Below are positions 27,915 through 38,509 of a stretch of 64,000 nucleotides of DNA, in pieces (the first letter of the stretch is position 1; the number at the start of each line of letters is the position of its first letter). The stretch is from an uncultured Nitrososphaerota archaeon (GTDB lineage Archaea > Thermoproteota > Nitrososphaeria > Nitrososphaerales > Gagatemarchaeaceae): positions 160,001 to 224,000 of the forward strand of contig CAVRAG010000008.1 of NCBI GenBank assembly GCA_963718895.1, read 5' to 3'. A program made the translations under genes and the position numbers. The notes under the pieces are model-generated. The model saw only the letters and a list, made by a program, of their open reading frames with translations. It had not been told where the DNA came from and did no database searches.

Positions 27915-30900
27915 TCTTTACCTCGACCTCCAGCTTCGAGCGGACGATCCTCGAGATGCCTCCGACCGCGTAGACCCCGTAGGTCACGTTGCTCTGGGCC
28001 ACCATGGTGTCCTTGAGCGAGACGACCATGATCTGGGCTCCGGCGGACCGCCCCCGGAAGAACTCGGCCAGATTCTTCGAGTTGTTCTGGTCGAGGTTCT
28101 GGTCGATCTCGTCGAACAGGTAGAACGGGTGCGGGTTGACCTTCTGGATCGCGAGGATCAGAGCGACGGCGGTCACGGACTTCTCTCCGCCAGACATGGA
28201 CGACGACTCCCAGTCTCCCTTCCCGCGGAAGTTACCCATGAGGAATATGCCCCCGGTGAACGCGTCGTCGGCGTTCTCCAGCTCCAGCCTGCCCTCGCCG
28301 TTTGTGAGCCTCTTGAAGGTCGCCGCGAACTCCGTGTTGATGGTCTCGAACGCAGACATGAAGACCTTCTTCTTCTCGGAGTCTATGTTCTCGATGAAGC
28401 GCACGATCGAGGTCCTCTCCCGCTCGAGCTCGTTGATGCGCTCCGAGAGGTGCCTGTAGTTGTCGTAGATTGCGGCGTACTCGCGCTCCGCGCTCTTGTT
28501 GACGAACTTCCCGAGGGCCTCGAACTCGAACTCCACCTGGGACAGCATCTGCTCGGAGCCCTCGAAGACCTCGAGGACATCGTCATAGCCATAGAAGCGC
28601 AACTGGCTGAGGTACTGGTCGACCTTCTCCTGCGTCGCGCCTGCCGCCTGCTGAAGAGAGAATATCTCCCGCTCTGTGCTGCTGGTGGACCTTTCAGCGG
28701 CGTTCCGCTCCTCCTCAAGCCTCTTGATCTTCGTGTTGAACTCGGCTATCACGGGCTGGCTGTTGCTCGACGACGAGAGGACCTTCTGAAGCTGAGCATC
28801 CAGGTCGATGAACCTCTTGTTGAGCTCGCCCTAACTCTCTCCTCCCGTTCTGGATGAAGAGCCTGTCGTCCTCGTACTTGAGCTCGGCGTTCTCGAGGTC
28901 GACCCTCACCCTCTGGTAGCTCGGCTCGAGCATCTCCTCGAGGTTCGACCTCTCCCGCGAATAGGAGAGGTGGACGTCCGAGACCCGGGAGCTCAGCTCG
29001 TTGAGCTGCAGGGTCAGGTCGCTCCTCGCACCCTCGAGCTCGATGAGCATCCTGTCGAGCTCGAGCGCGTCCCATTCCTTGAGGCCTGACTTCGAGGGAC
29101 CTCGCCTCTGCAGAGAGCGAGTCCCTCCTTGTCACGAGGGTCTGCTGTCGGCGCGTATACCTGTCTACGATCTTCTGCTGGTTGTCCCTGTCCTGCTTCT
29201 GGGATCGGAAGACCGCCCTGTATCTCTTGGTGAGTCGGGAGATGGTCTCAGCCTCTGCACCCATCGCCGCGACGGATGCGATCTTCTTGACCCTGTCCTT
29301 GCTCAGAACGCGACCGTCGGCCTCGAGGTTGGAGAGTACCTGCTTGCGCTTCTCAATCGCGGCCTTTAGCGCTCCCACGGCGCTCTCCACCTCGCCGATG
29401 TCCTCGATGTCCTCGAGACCCTGGAGGATGTTCGAGACGACGTCGTGCAGACCGTAGGCGAACGCCCTTCCTCCCAGCTCGAACACCTCCCCGTTGGGCG
29501 TCACAGTCCTGAATCCCTCGGAGGCCAGGACGTAGGCGATGGCCTCCGACTCGACCAGTACCGTGTCCCCGGCGATGAAGTTGACGAGGCCGCGGTATTG
29601 TCTGTCCGCCCTGAGGACCCCCGCCAGCGGCCCGATGACGCCGGCGGACCTCTCGACATCCATCGCGGGGGTCGACGAGACCTCTGAGAGCGGGATGACT
29701 GCGAACGACTTGATGTTGAGCCTCTTACCGGCCTTGATGACCGCCGTCATGGCGCGCACGTCGTCTACTAGGAACGCGTTCATCCACCGGTCCATCACCG
29801 CGGCGCACGCCCGGGAATACTGCGCCGGATAGCCGATTATCTGGTTGAGCACGCCGATGTACCCGTTGACCCCACCCTCCTCGCAGAGCTCTCTGAGACG
29901 CGAGTGTCCTATCCGGTCTCCCGAGAGCTCGTCGGTGAGCTCCTTCTTGACCTCGGTGAGCGCGACCTCACCTGAAGCCTTCTCAAGGACGCGGCCCGCG
30001 ACGTCGATGCTCCGGCCCAGGTCCGTCCGCCGCTTCTCCAGCTGCGTGAGGTTCTGGTCTATCTCGCCGAGCTCGTGGGCTGTCTTGGCCTGCAGGTCGA
30101 ACAGCTGCTTCGTGTTCGAGTCGAGCTTCTCCAGCAGCTCCCCGAAGTTCTTCAGTTTCAGATCAAGCTCGTCGAGCCTCTTCTTCTCGACGCTGAGGTT
30201 GGCGTTGACCACGTTCGCTTCGGAGTCGAGAGGAGATAGGCTTTGGTTGATCTCCGCCATCTTCTCCGCCGTCCTGTCGTTCTGCTTCCTCTTCTTCTCC
30301 ATGGTCGCCCTGAGCACCTCCTCTGCCTCCCTCACGTCCTCGAGCTGCGCCGCGACCTCCTTCCGTTTGGCCTCCAGCTTCTCCTCAGTCGAGCTCAGCG
30401 TCTCGACGGCAGATGTGGATGCCGTGATTGTCTTCTTCTTCTCGTTTAGGAGGACCCTGAGCGTGGGGATCGACTCTGTCTCGAGACGGCCCATGCTCTC
30501 CTCTCGCCTCTGCATCTCCGCTGTAAGCTGATCGAGCTTTATCTTGGTGGACTCCCTTTCGTCCCTCAGGAGGGTGGGCCCTTCGCCCCCTCCCTGGACG
30601 ACCTCGGTGATGAACTTCTCGCGTTCCTCCCCGACCGAGAGGATCCTAGCCTCGAACCCCTCCTTCCTCCTCCGGACTTCGTCGAGCTTCAGGAGCATCT
30701 CCTCCTCCTGTTTCCTGGTCGAGCCGAGCCTCTCGCGCAGTTCGGCTATCTTGCGCGAGGTCTGTACCGCGGTGAGCCACGCCACCTGCCCCTCGAGCTG
30801 GGAGTAGCGGACCAGGTCGTTCCTCTGCTCCTCGAGCCTCTCGAGCTGCGACTTCATCTCGCCCGTCCTCGCGAGCTCGATCTGGAGCTTCGTGTCGGCC

Positions 30901-31482
30901 TGATAGAGCTGCTTCTGCGCCTCGGCCTTCTTCTCGTCGAACCGCGCTATGCCGACGACCTCCTCGATCATCTTCCTCTTCTCGTCCGGGGTCTGGTCCG
31001 CCACCCTCGTCGCGGCTCCCTGTGGGATTATGTTGAGCCCGCTCGGGAGAGAGGCCCGAGACCTCGAGCAGGTCGGAGATCTCGCCCTTGGTGGTCTTCT
31101 TGCCGTTGAGGAAGTAGACGTTCTCGCCGTTGCTCCGGAGCTCCCTGGACACCGTGACGAGGTCGGTGTCGATGGGGATTTTCCGGTCAACGTTGTCGAA
31201 CTGTATCGTTGCTCGGCAGCTGGTCGGGCGCTCCTCCGAGTAGGCGGACTCCTCCCTCTCCTTCTTGGGGTCGTAGATGAGACCGGAGAGTCTGCCCTGC
31301 GCGGCCCTGAGCACTCGCGGGGAGTTCTCGCCCAGGGCGAAGAGTATCGCGTCCGCGATGTTCGACTTGCCGCTGCCGTTGGGGCCCGTCACGACGTTGA
31401 GCCCCTGCTCGAAGGCTATGGTCAGAGTCTTGGGGCCAAACGACTTGAAACCCTTAACCTCCAGCCTTCGAATAAAACCCAT
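27907..31482 (-). CDS. smc: Chromosome partition protein Smc (frameshifts near 31040, 29085 and 28830)
   Basis: GFKSF, Walker A GPNGSGKSN, hinge, signature MSGGEKS, FYLFDEID, long coiled coils. Confidence 0.95.
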
Positions 31483-31648
31483 TCTTAGAAGCTCCAGTGA
31501 CATCTCGCACCGATATTATGCGATATAAGCATATCAAGGGCTGGACGTGAGGGAACCGCGCAGACCCCCCTGGGCGGAATGGCAGGGACGGAGGCGCGGA
31601 CCAGAGAACTTGCCGCGGTTCCGGAGTTTCGCTGAAACTTCTGTGATT

Positions 31649-32050
31649 CTACGCCGGCGTACCGCACTTGGTGCAGAACTTGGCACCGGGCCTGAGCGTG
31701 TTGCCGCAACTCCTGCAGAAGCTCGCACCGGCCACCGCAGGGACGGGAACGACGGGCGGGGGCGCCATCACCGCCGGCGCGGGAGCAGGCGCAGCGACCG
31801 GCTTATTCACAAGGGCGGCCGAGGGCTTGGGCTGCGGCGCCTCGCGCGTTATCACTATGTAGTCGCCGACTCCCATCACGCGGTCCATGGTGACCTGGGC
31901 CTCCGAGTTATCGTTCGCGAGCACGATCAGCACCACAGTGCCGTCCAGGCCGAAGGCGACGTCCTTGGCCTTGCCAAACGCCTTCCCCGAGACCTCGACG
32001 ACTATCTTCCCGTCGACCTCTTCCTTCCTGAAGAGCTTTGGAGCGGACAA
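31649..32050 (-). CDS. PRC-barrel domain + Pro/Ala linker + zinc ribbon protein
   Basis: GKAFGKAKDV...VMGVGDYIV; FCRSCG..AKFCTKCG. Confidence 0.75.
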   Translation of the reverse strand: MSAPKLFRKEEVDGKIVVEVSGKAFGKAKDVAFGLDGTVVLIVLANDNSEAQVTMDRVMGVGDYIVITREAPQPKPSAALVNKPVAAPAPAPAVMAPPPVVPVPAVAGASFCRSCGNTLRPGAKFCTKCGTPA

Positions 32051-32237
32051 CAGGGCAGTTTTTCCGTCACATGTTATTTATTGTTTTAGCGCGGGCGAAC
32101 ATTAGGTCCAACTTGATGTTCAGCCGTCTGTGGCACCGACCAACTCCCTGACGAGCGGGGGACCCTCTGTACCGAAGCGAGCGAGAGTACGAAGAACCTG
32201 CCAACCATATAAGAGGAGTCTGACCAGATGTAAGCCG

Positions 32238-33278
32238 TTGAGCACCTTTGGAAAGAGACGGCACAGACTGCTCTCGGCAGCCTCAGGTTTCGACTCGGTC
32301 GTGGTCACGAATCCCAAGAACCTCTTCTATCTCACGGACTTCTGGGGAGGGGGCATAGGCATAGTCCGCGACGATGCGACGGTGCTCGTGACGTCGGTCA
32401 TGGAGCAGAGGAGGGCGACGGAGACCGGCAAGGAGGTCGAGGTAGTCCCGACGGTCGGGAGACAGAAGCAGTATGAGGAGGCGCTCAAGAGACTGAGAGG
32501 GAAGGTCCTGAGCGACGAGGTCGACGCGGCCCTGGGAAAGACCAGCGCCGGCGGGGACCTGTTCGTCAGAGTCAGGAGGAAGAAGGACCAAGAAGAGATC
32601 GCGAGGATAGTGAAGGCGAGCGAGAAGATAGACAAAATCTACAAGATGCTCGAGACCTCCATAACCGCAGGGAGGTCCGAGCGGCAGGTGGCCGCGGACG
32701 TGATGAAGCTCGCCACCGAGGAGAAACTGTCCCCTCTCCCCGCAGAGGGAGCCCTTAGCCCTGTGATCATCGGCTCAGGAGAGAACGCGGCGTACCCGCA
32801 CGCCGATCTCACCGACCGGAAGCTGAGGTCGGGGGACATGGTGGTCGCGGACATCTTCTTCCGGTACCAAGGGTACTGCTCCGACTGCACGAGGACCTAC
32901 GCGGTCGGACGCGTCTCGCAGGAAAGGAAGGAAACATACCAAGCGGTGCTCGAGGCCCAGCTCCGAGGGATAGATATGGCGAAGAAGGGCGCGAGCGGGA
33001 AAGCGATCCACGAGGGCGTGAACGCGGTCCTGAAGGAAAGTGACCTCGACGCGTACTTCACACACGGGACTGGCCATGGGGTCGGCATCGACATTCACGA
33101 GTCTCCGTCCATAGGTCGGACCAGTCTGGACAGGCTCCGGGCCGGCGACGTCGTGACGATAGAGCCAGGCGTTTATCTGCCCGGGAAGTACGGCGTAAGA
33201 ATCGAGGACACTCTTACCATCGGGGACCACACTCGGGTCCTCTTCGACTACCCGAAAGAACTGCTCGTGCTGGGCTAG
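32238..33278 (+). CDS. Xaa-Pro aminopeptidase (M24 family)
   Basis: NLFYLTDF, YCSDCTRT, HGTGHGVGIDIHE, TIEPGVY, GVRIED. Confidence 0.93.
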   Translation: MSTFGKRRHRLLSAASGFDSVVVTNPKNLFYLTDFWGGGIGIVRDDATVLVTSVMEQRRATETGKEVEVVPTVGRQKQYEEALKRLRGKVLSDEVDAALGKTSAGGDLFVRVRRKKDQEEIARIVKASEKIDKIYKMLETSITAGRSERQVAADVMKLATEEKLSPLPAEGALSPVIIGSGENAAYPHADLTDRKLRSGDMVVADIFFRYQGYCSDCTRTYAVGRVSQERKETYQAVLEAQLRGIDMAKKGASGKAIHEGVNAVLKESDLDAYFTHGTGHGVGIDIHESPSIGRTSLDRLRAGDVVTIEPGVYLPGKYGVRIEDTLTIGDHTRVLFDYPKELLVLG

Positions 33279-33287
33279 GCCTCGCGG

Positions 33288-34220
33288 TCACTCAAGCGTC
33301 ACCGCAGGCCCGGTCGCGAGGCTGTAAACCCCGATCTCCGGCGAGAGGTCGTCTGAAGCCAGCGCCCGGACTACGCGATCGACGTCACTCTCCCAGACGA
33401 TCGCGTGGACGGCATGCCCCACCATGTTCTGGCTCGCCCCCAGCGCTCCTGCGGACTTCGCGGACTTGATGAGACGAACCACCTGCGCCGACTCTATGCC
33501 GAGGCCGCCCGAGAAGACCTCACCGGCCCTGATCAGGCTCCCCAGGGTGAGGTCTGACGCGACTTGAATGGCTTCCGCGCCGAGCCTGTTCACCCTCGCA
33601 GTCATTTCAGGTGACGAAAGAATGAGACCCTTCTCGTAGGGAGCCAGGGACGCGGTCACGATACGCACTCTGTGTGGCACCTCCACCTCCAGGACCTCGG
33701 CGACCCCAGGGGCGCCCGCCTTCACAATCACTCCCGCCCCGCCGTACCTGTAGATTACGGAGACCGTGCCGAGCCCGGTCCTGCAGAGGATATCCGCTGC
33801 ATGTGCGAAGTAGGCGACCCTTTCTGGGCTGAGGTCCAGCGACAGGGCCGAAGCTACGGCCATGACGGCTGAGAGAGCAGACGCCGCGCTCGCCCCGAAC
33901 CCGTGGCCGATTGGGACGCCGACGCTCTGCTCGAGCTCGACGCTGCAGTCTCTCTCGGAGGCCGCGTTGAGCAGGAGCCCCACAGCCATCCTGGTGGTCG
34001 TGGCATCGTAGCTTGGATCGCGGTTCATCACGACCCTTAGAGTCGGGGTCCTGGCTCCCCTGACCACACTGGCAGAGCTGAGCACCCCGCTCGACAGCAT
34101 GTAGCCCCCGCCGGTCGCGCCGGAGTTCTGCAGGTCCGAAGCGGACTCTCCGGCGTAGTGGATCGCAAAGAAGTTCGAGATTGCAGAAGGCGCAAAGGCC
34201 CTGCCGGTGAGCAGGCCCAA
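33288..34220 (-). CDS. Pantoate kinase (GHMP family)
   Basis: AFAPSAISNFF, PIGHGFGASAASAL, AHAADILCRTGLGTV, SQNMVG. Confidence 0.85.
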   Translation of the reverse strand: MGLLTGRAFAPSAISNFFAIHYAGESASDLQNSGATGGGYMLSSGVLSSASVVRGARTPTLRVVMNRDPSYDATTTRMAVGLLLNAASERDCSVELEQSVGVPIGHGFGASAASALSAVMAVASALSLDLSPERVAYFAHAADILCRTGLGTVSVIYRYGGAGVIVKAGAPGVAEVLEVEVPHRVRIVTASLAPYEKGLILSSPEMTARVNRLGAEAIQVASDLTLGSLIRAGEVFSGGLGIESAQVVRLIKSAKSAGALGASQNMVGHAVHAIVWESDVDRVVRALASDDLSPEIGVYSLATGPAVTLE

Positions 34221-34222
34221 TC

Positions 34223-35002
34223 TCAGCTCGCCGGCTTGGGCTTGGTCCCGACGACTATTGTGGCGATGGGGGCAAAGACTATGACCGCCGCCGCGGCAAT
34301 CGTGTAGTAAGTGGTCAGGCCGGGCCACTTGGCGATCGTGCTCGGAGGGGCGGCTATGAAGAAGACCACTCCGAGGGCGAGGAAGAGCACTCCGAAGATG
34401 ACGGCTATGCTAGTCTGCCTTCCTCGGTCTGACATCCTCCAGTCCGGGTTGTTGACGAGGATTCCGGACCTTCCGAAGATGGGCTGGGTCGCGCGTATCA
34501 GTATCGGCACCGCGATTATTATAGCGGGGATCGAGGTTGTGTTCCAGAATACGGTGAACCCGAGAATCAGGGAGGTCGGGAGGGAGAGGAAGAGCACGAG
34601 ATTCGTCGCGGCGATCAGGTTGCCGAGCGTCACGAAGGAGACCGTCGCCGCTATGAAGGCGGGCCAGGACCGATAGCGCTTCACGAACCATCCGAAGAGT
34701 AGGAAGGCCACGAAGTTGGCGGGGACGCCGGCTACCAGGCTGTAGACGGGGGTGGTCAGTCCAAGAGGAGCGAGAAGCAAGGAGTCCCCGATGAACGTCC
34801 CGAGGCCAGCCCCGATCGCCACGGACAGGGTGTCCGACGTTACCGCGAAGAACGCAGGGATGAATATCCCGATGAGGAGCTGCCCGACTCCCCAGGGCGA
34901 GGGGACGAAAGCTGTAAGGCCCTTCCCGACGGCGTAGAGGACAGCCGTAATCGCGATTATCGCTACCTTTGACGCGACCGTCGAGACTGGTGCTTTTGTC
35001 AA
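34223..35002 (-). CDS. Integral membrane protein, ECF S-component-like
   Basis: AITAVLYAV, AIGAGLGTFIGD, multiple transmembrane helices; probable TTG start at 35002. Confidence 0.65.
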   Translation of the reverse strand: MTKAPVSTVASKVAIIAITAVLYAVGKGLTAFVPSPWGVGQLLIGIFIPAFFAVTSDTLSVAIGAGLGTFIGDSLLLAPLGLTTPVYSLVAGVPANFVAFLLFGWFVKRYRSWPAFIAATVSFVTLGNLIAATNLVLFLSLPTSLILGFTVFWNTTSIPAIIIAVPILIRATQPIFGRSGILVNNPDWRMSDRGRQTSIAVIFGVLFLALGVVFFIAAPPSTIAKWPGLTTYYTIAAAAVIVFAPIATIVVGTKPKPAS

Positions 35003-35078
35003 ATCGGTCGTAGAGGCTGCCGTGCTCGGAGAGAATATATCAAGATAATCTATAAATAATATAGAGAGCTCTATAGAT

Positions 35079-36122
35079 TTGATGGACGCAAGGAAGGTTC
35101 TCGAGATGGGCGGAGGGACCGTCCTCATCTCTCTGCCAAAGTCGTGGGCGAGGAGGAACGGGATAGTGAAGGGAGGGTCGGTCCTGGTCGAGGAGATCTC
35201 GCCGAACAGGCTCATGGTGAGCCCGATGGGGAGAGAGCAAGAAAGGAAGACCGCCGTGATCGCCTACCCAAGCGAGAACCTCTCCCACGTCATCAACGAC
35301 ATCACGGGCGCTTACCTGATCGGGAACAACGTGATCAAGATCGAGGGAAGCCAGACCATCTCCAGGGAGGACCGTGAGAAGGTAAAGGCGGTCATCCACC
35401 GCCTGGTTGGGCTTGAGATCATGGATGAGGATTCCAAGAGCCTCACGCTCCAGTTCCTGCCGGAGCCCTCCACCCTGGACCCCGAGAAGATAGTCCGGAG
35501 GATGGGGAGCCTGACCAGAGGGATGCTGAGGGATGCAAGAGAAGCCCTCGTCGGCGAGGACCGCAAGATGATGTCTCTCATAGCCGAGAGGGACGACGAG
35601 GTGGACAGGCTCTACTTCCTGCTCGTGAGGGCGATCAGGACGGCCACCATCGACACCGAGGTAGCGAGAAGATACGATCTGACACCGGTGGAGTGCCTCG
35701 ACTACAGGGTGCTCGCCAGCTTCATCGAGGGCCTCGCGGACACCATCGCGGAGTTCTCGGGGCGGGCCGCAGAGGAGTTGCCGGGGTCAAGAGCAGCGAG
35801 CCAGATAGCCAGGGTCGTGAGAACTTTGGAGGAGATGGAGGAGACCTCGCTTAGCACCTTCCTAGGACGGAAGAGCGGCCAGAGCAGGAAGGGCTACCTC
35901 CAGATCGACGCGATGCACCAGGATGTCACGGCCGAGCTTAGAAGGATAGCGCAGGAGGGGAGGATCTCGACGAGGACGGTGGTGGACCTGCTCAGCCTGC
36001 TCGAGAGGATCTCGAAGGCGTTCGTGGACATCTGCGATCTCTCGCTCCCGACGTACCAGTTTGAAGACTCACCCCCTCCTCCGCGTAGGAAGGGGGGCGG
36101 GCAGGAAATCGTCGGAAGGTGA
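35079..36122 (+). CDS. AbrB-domain PhoU-family phosphate uptake regulator
   Basis: RKVLEMGGGTVLISLPKSWA, ITGAYLIG, RDDEVDRLYFL. Confidence 0.9.
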   Translation: MMDARKVLEMGGGTVLISLPKSWARRNGIVKGGSVLVEEISPNRLMVSPMGREQERKTAVIAYPSENLSHVINDITGAYLIGNNVIKIEGSQTISREDREKVKAVIHRLVGLEIMDEDSKSLTLQFLPEPSTLDPEKIVRRMGSLTRGMLRDAREALVGEDRKMMSLIAERDDEVDRLYFLLVRAIRTATIDTEVARRYDLTPVECLDYRVLASFIEGLADTIAEFSGRAAEELPGSRAASQIARVVRTLEEMEETSLSTFLGRKSGQSRKGYLQIDAMHQDVTAELRRIAQEGRISTRTVVDLLSLLERISKAFVDICDLSLPTYQFEDSPPPPRRKGGGQEIVGR

Positions 36123-36170
36123 CAAGAGGGTGCTGATGGACTGGACGGCCCTGACGATGGGCCGCTGAGC

Positions 36171-36356
36171 CTACCTTCTGTATCTTCTTCGGGTTCCTGC
36201 GGACTGGGCGCACACAGGGCACTCAAAGTGACCTGGGGCGACCTCGACCAGCCTTATTGCATGACGATTGCAGAGCGCACGCGTTTTAATCGTAGATTCG
36301 TTGCTAGACACGTGAAGGCCGCGAAAAGCATGCCTATTACGTGTTCCTATGCTCAC
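36171..36356 (-). CDS. Small putative zinc-finger protein
   Basis: CNRH...FECPVC with basic tail; TATTAAA about 22 nt upstream on the minus strand. Confidence 0.4.
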   Translation of the reverse strand: MSIGTRNRHAFRGLHVSSNESTIKTRALCNRHAIRLVEVAPGHFECPVCAQSAGTRRRYRR

Positions 36357-36435
36357 GGGGCAGCCGCGACAACAGCTTTAATACCGATGATAATCGGGTC
36401 AGTATTAGTGTCGTACACTAGGAGATGAAAGAAGA

Positions 36436-36708
36436 ACGAGTTACGGACAAGGTGGAGGAGGCGGTTACGGGCGATCTCGCTTTGGCAGCGGTCCATCCAA
36501 CAACGGACCCAAGCCAGTAGAAGTCGGAAAGGAGTACGAAGTCACCATTACCGAGACGAGCAGAAGGGGCGATGGAGTGACCAAGATCGACGGGTTTGTC
36601 ATCTTTGTGGCGGGAGGTAAGCAGGGTGAGAAGACCAAGATCAAGATCACGCAAGTCGGCCCACGGTTCGCCAGCGCCACTAAGGTAGAAGGAACAGCAA
36701 CAATGTAG
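36436..36708 (+). CDS. Single TRAM-domain RNA chaperone (apparent ACG start; missing from the ORF track)
   Basis: Manual translation (M)SYGQGGGGGYGRSRFG..GPKPVEVGKEYEVTITETSRRGDGVTKIDGFVIFVAGGKQGEKTKIKITQVGPRFASA. Confidence 0.92.
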   Translation, partial: TSYGQGGGGGYGRSRFGSGPSNNGPKPVEVGKEYEVTITETSRRGDGVTKIDGFVIFVAGGKQGEKTKIKITQVGPRFASATKVEGTATM

Positions 36709-36735
36709 ACCGAGACGGTCGGTCTGCTGAACATG

Positions 36736-36773
36736 AGACGGGACCTAGGTTCCGTCTGCCCTTTCGTTTTGTT
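36736..36773 (+). terminator. Hairpin plus U-rich tract after the TRAM gene
   Basis: AGACGG...CCGTCT stem followed by CTTTCGTTTTGTT between convergent genes. Confidence 0.4.
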
Positions 36774-36791
36774 AATAATCAGGTGTATACT

Positions 36792-37673
36792 CTAGACTTC
36801 GCTTGTCTGAGCGTCACGCTTGACAGACTTCAACCTCCAATTTGCCACCCTCACGAACAGATACGCGGCAAACGCGATGGCGGTTATGAAGAAGCTCACT
36901 GGGAACGAGGTGAAGAAGCCGACGAAGAGGCCCACCCAAGTGGCGATGAGCGCTATCGCCACGGAGATTACTATCGCGTACATGGGCTTCTTCGACAGGT
37001 ACTGGGCAGTCGCCGCGGGAGTCACCATAAGGGAGAAGATCAGCAGAACCCCTGTCACCTGGACTGCAAAGGACACGGCCACAGCGATGACGAGCAGGAA
37101 AGCCGTCCCCAAGAAGAGCATAGGCATGCCCTTAGCCTCTGCCACATCCTCATCAAGTGAGGCAAAAAGGAGTGGGCGATAGAGGAAACCCACAGCCAGA
37201 AGAATCCCGGCCCCTGCGAGGGATGTGATCTCAACTTGGCCGAAACTTATCCCGACGATATCCCCGAATAATATGGAAATCGCCGCCGTGGCAAAAGCAT
37301 GGTAGAGGTTGATGAAGAGTAGACCCAGTCCCAGAGAGAACGCTAGAACTATGCCAATCTGGGTGTCCCGGTTGGTGACTCTCCTCCCGAGCGCGGCTAT
37401 GGTCGCTCCGCCGATGATGGAGCCGAGGAGGAGGCCTCCTATGGGGGGTATCCCAAGGAGTATGGCGCCGGAGGCTCCTGCGAACCCAATCTCAGAGAAG
37501 GCGTGCGCGGTGAACGCGGAACGCCGGAGGACCACAAAGTAGCCCGTGACACCTGCCACCACCGCTATCATTGTCCCAGTAACGATTGCGTACTTCATGA
37601 AGTCGAAGCACCAGATGTTCGAGAGGTCTGCGAAGATGTTGGGACTGAACGCGGGGATGGGGCAGAACGTCAG
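36792..37673 (-). CDS. Zn/Mn ABC transporter permease (probable CTG start)
   Basis: GYFVVLRRSAFTAHAFSE, ILFGDI, YRPLLFASLDEDVAEAKG, MVTPAATA. Confidence 0.92.
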   Translation of the reverse strand: MTFCPIPAFSPNIFADLSNIWCFDFMKYAIVTGTMIAVVAGVTGYFVVLRRSAFTAHAFSEIGFAGASGAILLGIPPIGGLLLGSIIGGATIAALGRRVTNRDTQIGIVLAFSLGLGLLFINLYHAFATAAISILFGDIVGISFGQVEITSLAGAGILLAVGFLYRPLLFASLDEDVAEAKGMPMLFLGTAFLLVIAVAVSFAVQVTGVLLIFSLMVTPAATAQYLSKKPMYAIVISVAIALIATWVGLFVGFFTSFPVSFFITAIAFAAYLFVRVANWRLKSVKRDAQTSEV

Positions 37674-38491
37674 ACCATATCACCATGGTGTTCTTCGACG
37701 CCGATTATTGCGACGTTCCCGTGGGGGTCGCGCAAGACCTCGACCTGGACCCCATAGAGAGCCGTCAGGCTCTCGGACGTCAGGACCTGGCTCGGCTTGC
37801 CAGTGGCGACCTTGCCGTTCGCGACGTACATCACCTTGTTGAGGTGCGGGAGGAGAGGGTTGATGTTATGGGCGATGAGAATGGCCGTCACCCCGCGAGA
37901 GCGTACCACGTTGTTCACAAGGTGCAGGAGTTCGGTCTCCCGCCTAAGGTCGAGGTTGGAGAGAGGTTCGTCGAGCAGGAGTATGTCAGGATTGCTCACC
38001 AACGCTTCGGCAAGGAACACCCTCTGCAGTTCCCCTCCGGATAACACGCCGAGCGGGCGGTGGGCAAGCTCAGAGGCGTCGACCGCCCGTAGAGCCTCCA
38101 TCGCAGCCTCGCTATCCTTGTGGGAGAAAGGGTTGAAACCCCATCGTTTTCCGGACAGCCCCAGTCGGACGAGCTCGAGGCATTCGACGCTTGTCTCACT
38201 GTCTATGATGTGTCGCTGGGGCACGTAACCGATCCGCGGGTTCCCGCGAGTCGGAGGGCCGCCGAATATGGTGAGGGAGCCCGCGATGGGCTGTTGCAGC
38301 CCAAGGATCAGCCGAAACAGCGTCGTCTTGCCCGCTCCGTTGGGACCGATGACCGCGATGAACTCCCCCCGGTCGAACTCGAAGTTGGCGTTGCGCCAGA
38401 CCGTCTTCTCCCGGTACCCTGCCGCTAGATTCTGGGCGACGATGAGGCTCGGTTGCACCGGACTCGCAAGCTCTTGTGTAGCCCTAATCAA
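37670..38491 (-). CDS. Zn/Mn ABC transporter ATPase
   Basis: GPNGAGKTT, IGYVPQ, LSGGELQR, LLLDEP. Confidence 0.94.
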   Translation of the reverse strand: MIRATQELASPVQPSLIVAQNLAAGYREKTVWRNANFEFDRGEFIAVIGPNGAGKTTLFRLILGLQQPIAGSLTIFGGPPTRGNPRIGYVPQRHIIDSETSVECLELVRLGLSGKRWGFNPFSHKDSEAAMEALRAVDASELAHRPLGVLSGGELQRVFLAEALVSNPDILLLDEPLSNLDLRRETELLHLVNNVVRSRGVTAILIAHNINPLLPHLNKVMYVANGKVATGKPSQVLTSESLTALYGVQVEVLRDPHGNVAIIGVEEHHGDMV

Positions 38492-38509
38492 TCTTGTCCG
38501 CCATGGAGG

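Noticed and set aside
32090-32205. Hairpin plus CTGACGA motif suggesting a hammerhead ribozyme
   Set aside because: No stem II followed by GAAA and no matching stems I and III could be built.
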